A stretch of 30,358 nucleotides of DNA from Pedosphaera sp. (GTDB taxonomy: Bacteria > Verrucomicrobiota > Verrucomicrobiia > Limisphaerales > SIBH01), in NCBI GenBank assembly GCA_031414955.1, contig JANOQV010000039.1:1-30358 (forward strand), read 5' to 3'. Below, one piece after another: positions 26,719 through 30,358 of this stretch (positions are counted from its first letter, which is position 1; every line of letters begins with the position of its first letter). The notes beneath the pieces were generated by a model. The model was given only the letters and a program-made list of their open reading frames with translations, was not told the origin of the DNA and did no database searches. The position numbers and the translations under genes are program-made.

Positions 26719-28122
26719 ATGAAAGAAAATCAGCAACTCGAATGGAAAGAAACCTGGCGAGATGAGTTCCTGCGCTGGGTCTGCGGCTTCGCGAATGCGG
26801 AGGGTGGCATCCTTCACATCGGGCGCAATGACAAGGGCGTGGTCGTCGGCTTGCCGGATGCCGCGAAACTGCTGGAGGACATTCCGAACAAAGTCCGCGA
26901 TGTCCTCGGCATCCTCGTCGCGGTCAATGCCCATGCAGAGAACGGCCTGCCCTGGCTGGAGATTGTCGTGGATGCTTATCCCAATCCCATTAGCTACCGG
27001 GGCCATTACTTCCAGCGCTGTGGCAGCACCTTGCAGGAGATGAAAGGAGCCGCGCTGGACCGTTTCCTCCTCCGCAGGCAGGGCCGCACCTGGGATGGCG
27101 TGCCCATGCCCGGTGTCAAAGTTACGCACCTCTCCACTGCCGCCATCCGCCAGTTTCGGGATCTCGCCCGCCACAGCGGTCGCCTTGATCCGGCCGACCT
27201 CCGCTCGTCCAAAGCCGTTCTGATTGAAAAACTCCAGCTCACCGAGGGCACCTATCTCAAGCGCGCCGCCGTGCTGCTCTTCCATGAAGACCCCGAGAAA
27301 TTCGTTACCGGCGCCTTTGTCAAAGTCGGCTTCTTTCGTTCCGAATCCGATCTCGCCTACCACGACATGATCCAAGGCGACCTCTTTACCCAGGTCGCCA
27401 AGACCATCGACCTCATCCGCACCAAATACCTCAAAGCCGCCATCACCTATCAGGGCATCCAGCGCATCGAGCGCTACCCCGTGCCCGATGCCGCCTTGCG
27501 CGAAGCCATCCTCAATGCCCTTGTCCATCGCGACTACGCCGTCGGTGCCCCTGTGCAGATTCGCGTCCATGAAGACCGCCTGAAAATCTGGAACCCCGCC
27601 GTGCTCCCGGACGGCTGGACGGTGAAAAATTTCCTCCGCGAGCACGCCTCCACCCCCTTCAATCCCGCCATCGCCAACGTCTTCTTCCGCTCTGGAGAGA
27701 TCGAAACCTGGGGCCGTGGCATTCAGCGCATCTTCGCCGCCTGCAAGGACGCGGGCACGCCCCGGCCCGCCCTCACGTTTGACGGCACCGGCCTCGCCCT
27801 CGAGTTCCGCTACACGCCGGATTACCTCAAGGCGGTGAAAGCCCCCGACCCAGTCAGAGGTGAAGTCACCCCGGAAGTCACCCCGGAAGTCACCCCGGAA
27901 GTCGAGCGACTGCTCTCCGCCTTCACCGGCGAACACTCTCGCCGCGAGCTTCAAGAAAAACTGGGCCTGCAGGACGACGATCACATGCGCATCGCCTACA
28001 TCATGGCGGCGCTGGCCGCCGGCCTCATCGAGCGCACCCTCCCCGGCAAACCCAACAGCCGCCTCCAAAAATACCGCCTCACGGCCCAAGGCCGCGCCTG
28101 GCTCGCCCGGCACCCGCATTAA
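26719..28122 (+). CDS. AlbA_2 (Schlafen-like) + HATPase_c_4 + C-terminal wHTH protein
   Basis: ENQQLEWKE, CGFANAEGG.LHIG.ND.G.VVG, ALREAILNALVHRDY, NPAIANVF, IETWGRGI and KPNSRLQKYRLT. ATG at 26719. Confidence 0.88.
   Translation: MKENQQLEWKETWRDEFLRWVCGFANAEGGILHIGRNDKGVVVGLPDAAKLLEDIPNKVRDVLGILVAVNAHAENGLPWLEIVVDAYPNPISYRGHYFQRCGSTLQEMKGAALDRFLLRRQGRTWDGVPMPGVKVTHLSTAAIRQFRDLARHSGRLDPADLRSSKAVLIEKLQLTEGTYLKRAAVLLFHEDPEKFVTGAFVKVGFFRSESDLAYHDMIQGDLFTQVAKTIDLIRTKYLKAAITYQGIQRIERYPVPDAALREAILNALVHRDYAVGAPVQIRVHEDRLKIWNPAVLPDGWTVKNFLREHASTPFNPAIANVFFRSGEIETWGRGIQRIFAACKDAGTPRPALTFDGTGLALEFRYTPDYLKAVKAPDPVRGEVTPEVTPEVTPEVERLLSAFTGEHSRRELQEKLGLQDDDHMRIAYIMAALAAGLIERTLPGKPNSRLQKYRLTAQGRAWLARHPH
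27862..27903 (+). repeat. In-frame 12-bp tandem repeat (gaagtcaccccg x3.5), encoding EVTP
   Basis: Three perfect units at 27862, 27874 and 27886, plus gaagtc. Confidence 0.95.
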
Positions 28123-28153
28123 CTTCATGCACGAACATTCCGACAACGCCACC

Positions 28154-28243
28154 ATCCGCCGCGCCCTCCCCGGCCAGATCTTCTCCCGCACGCAGATTCC
28201 CCTCTGCCTCTGGTTCCTCGCGAAAAACAAAAACGCCGACGCG
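28154..28243 (+). pseudogene. hsdM: Remnant of a type I restriction-modification methyltransferase (HsdM)
   Basis: IRRALPGQIFSRTQIPLCLWFLAKNKNADA resembles the conserved HsdM segment LPGQLF..TQIP.CLWFL. Confidence 0.7.
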
Positions 28244-28381
28244 GAAGCGGCTGGAGCGGGCGGGGAAGAAGGCGTGAAGTCGCACTTTGAACGCAGGCTC
28301 GAACTGTTGAATCTCTCCCAACGCAAACTATGAAACGCACAGCAAAGAAAAAAATCCGCGAAACATTGAAGCCGCAACGCC

Positions 28382-30358
28382 ATGCCGATTCTCGATGAAA
28401 TAGAAACCTTCTTTGCTGCTCAGCCTGAGTGGCAACAACGCGGCTACGCGGCACTTCGTTCCGGGCAGGGCATTGATGATACACTCGTCGGTGAATTGGC
28501 CGTATCGTGCATTGCGGACGCTTCAACCCAACCTGCGAAGCCAAAGAAGTCGCCTCAAACTGCCGCGAAAGGCACTCCGCCGGATGCGGTGCCCGAGGTG
28601 CGCCTTCTCGGAATCGAAAATGTTCAGCACATCAACCGTCTTGCGGCGCAGCAAAGTTTGAAGCTCGCGGCGGACGGGTTGACTATTGTGTATGGCGACA
28701 ATGGGGCGGGCAAAACTGGCTACGGGCGAATAGTCAGGCAGGTCTGTCAGGCACGCGGGGAAATGCCGCTTCTGCGCAGCAGCGTTTACGAGGATGGGGG
28801 GCGCATCGGTTCCGCAGAGATTGTCTTCTCAGTCAACGGGGCTGAGGAGAGAACGACAATCTCCACCGCACACCCGCAGACCGGCTCTCTGCGGCACTTC
28901 AGCATCTTCGACTCGGCTGCTGCGAATATCCTCGTGAACGAGCAGAACGCGACGGCCTTCAGGCCATTCGGTCTCGACCTGCTCGACCGCTTCACGGCTC
29001 TTGCGGACACGGTGAAGCAGTCCATTGAGCAGCAATTAGCCGGCATGGCCGCGCCGCTCCTGCAGCTTTCAGATTTCCCCGAGACCACGAAGGCGGGGCA
29101 GTTACTCAAAGGACTGGCATCCGAAAGCGGAAGGCAAAACTTGGATTCGCGTCTCGCTCCGCTGACCGCAGCGCAAGAGGAGCGTCGCGATGAAGTGCGA
29201 GCATTGCTTGCCCAAGCCAAGAGCAACGACCCGGCAAAACTCGCGCAAGGCATCAATGCCAAAGCAACTCGCTACCAGCAATTCGGCCAGCGACTTGGAA
29301 CGATGGTGGCGGGCTTGGCACCAGAATGCATCCAGCGCTTCACAGGTCTTCGGACACAGACGCTGGAAGTGGAAGCCGCTGCGGAAATCGCTCGCACCAC
29401 CGCCTTCGCAAATGAACCACTGAAGGAGGTCGGGGCTCAAGTTTGGCGTCAACTCTGGGATGCAGCCCGCGCATACTCTCCTCACGCGGGGGCGGGACCG
29501 CCATTCGCCGAAAGCAAAGCAGGAGACCTGTGCGTGCTTTGCGCCCAGCCACTGAGCGCGGACGCAGCAAGCCGCTTCCAAACGCTTGAAGGTTTCGTCC
29601 AAGGTGAACTGCAAGCAAAGGCGAAGACCCTGCGCAAACAACTCAGTGCCGCGCTGGAGGAGTTCAACAACTTGCCCCTGCAACAACAGGGAGACGATGC
29701 TCTGCTTCAAGAACTCGCGACGGAGAACCCTAATCCTGCACCCGCATCCGAAGCTCTGTTGACCCGCGCTCGTGAGATTGTTCGAGACGTTCAGACACAT
29801 CACGCCACCGGCGAACCGAAACTGGATGACGCGACAAATCTTGAAGTTCCCGTTGTCCTCGTTGGATTACCTGCGGCACTTCGGCAACGCGCTATCGAGC
29901 TTCAGAACGCTGGAACTCCGACGGCGTTGTCAGCTTTCCAAGCCGAACTTCTGGAGTTGGACGCTACGACCAAACTCGTGGGTGCGGCAGAGCAAGTGAA
30001 GAAAGAGGCAGCGCGCTTGGCGCGGTGCGAGGTTCTTGAGAAGGCGAAGAAGTTCTCGACGCGAGGTGTAACCGAGTTGAGCAAACGCCTCACGACCCAA
30101 TATGTGTCTGAAGCCCTGTGCGAGCGATTCCGCACCGAGGTCAATCGGCTGGGACTGACCTACCTTGATGTTCGTCTCAGCCCCTCGGACGTCTCGAAAG
30201 GCAAGCTGTTCCACCGCCTCACGCTCAATGCCAAGCAAGACGCGCCGCTCCGTGAAGTCGTGTCCGAAGGTGAGTTCCGCTGTCTCGCTCTGGCCGCATT
30301 CCTTGCGGAGTCGGGTGGCAACGCCTCCGGGCTGTTGTTCGACGACCCGGTTTCTTCG
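28382..30358 (+). CDS. Rad50/RloC-like (AAA_13-type) coiled-coil ABC ATPase with zinc hook; 3'-truncated by the window
   Basis: Hand-translated from ATG 28382 (MPILDEIE...): Walker A GDNGAGKT (28694-28717), SIFDS, CVLC (29531-29542), signature SEGE (30263), and Walker B/D-loop LLFDDPVSS at the edge, all in one frame. Not in the ORF track because the stop lies outside the window. Confidence 0.88.
   Translation, partial: MPILDEIETFFAAQPEWQQRGYAALRSGQGIDDTLVGELAVSCIADASTQPAKPKKSPQTAAKGTPPDAVPEVRLLGIENVQHINRLAAQQSLKLAADGLTIVYGDNGAGKTGYGRIVRQVCQARGEMPLLRSSVYEDGGRIGSAEIVFSVNGAEERTTISTAHPQTGSLRHFSIFDSAAANILVNEQNATAFRPFGLDLLDRFTALADTVKQSIEQQLAGMAAPLLQLSDFPETTKAGQLLKGLASESGRQNLDSRLAPLTAAQEERRDEVRALLAQAKSNDPAKLAQGINAKATRYQQFGQRLGTMVAGLAPECIQRFTGLRTQTLEVEAAAEIARTTAFANEPLKEVGAQVWRQLWDAARAYSPHAGAGPPFAESKAGDLCVLCAQPLSADAASRFQTLEGFVQGELQAKAKTLRKQLSAALEEFNNLPLQQQGDDALLQELATENPNPAPASEALLTRAREIVRDVQTHHATGEPKLDDATNLEVPVVLVGLPAALRQRAIELQNAGTPTALSAFQAELLELDATTKLVGAAEQVKKEAARLARCEVLEKAKKFSTRGVTELSKRLTTQYVSEALCERFRTEVNRLGLTYLDVRLSPSDVSKGKLFHRLTLNAKQDAPLREVVSEGEFRCLALAAFLAESGGNASGLLFDDPVSS

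Noticed and set aside
24169..28383. Long minus-strand ORFs 24169..26682 and 26692..28383
   Set aside because: Antisense shadows of well-supported plus-strand genes.
28330..28398. 22-aa basic ORF MKRTAKKKIRETLKPQRHADSR overlapping the ATPase start
   Set aside because: Too short, with no recognisable family or supporting signals.
28413..30238. Short track ORFs across the right end
   Set aside because: All overlap the single open plus-strand ATPase frame starting at 28382.
1..30358. CRISPR arrays, tRNA/rRNA genes, integrases or transposases
   Set aside because: No regularly spaced repeat-spacer pattern, cloverleaf, rRNA-like sequence or recombinase motif was seen by eye.

Overview
GC-rich bacterial window, most likely Verrucomicrobiota (inferred from a prepilin/H-X9-DG protein, a DUF6288-like protein, GntR-LacI and PAS-AraC type regulators, and secreted proteins ending in an '...FYR/FVR' tail). 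From left to right: (1) an MFS transporter that lacks its 5' end and is joined head-to-head to an inverted fragment of a paralogue, then a secreted hypothetical protein, a KamA-type radical SAM enzyme and a CoA-binding protein. (2) A MITE/REP-like element and a minus-strand trio of membrane protein, methyltransferase and GT2. (3) A ketose 3-epimerase and a GntR/LacI-type regulator, divergent from a large M60-like metallopeptidase and a Sel1-C39 peptidase. (4) The most interesting part: a six-gene operon under a cobalamin riboswitch (secreted protein, Dph6-like PP-loop ATPase, DUF6580-like membrane protein, signal-less BtuF-like protein, Cys-rich CWC/DUF5522-like fusion, prepilin-like H-X9-DG protein), with no BtuB or BtuCD in the window. 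(5) A rearranged block with PAS-regulator and acetylesterase remnants, an FAD oxidoreductase, an intact SASA-family esterase and a DUF6288-like/HEAT protein. (6) The edge of a probable defence island: AlbA_2/HATPase protein, hsdM remnant, and a Rad50/RloC-like zinc-hook ATPase that runs off the right edge and is missing from the ORF track. All family assignments come from motif recognition by eye; no database searches were run.
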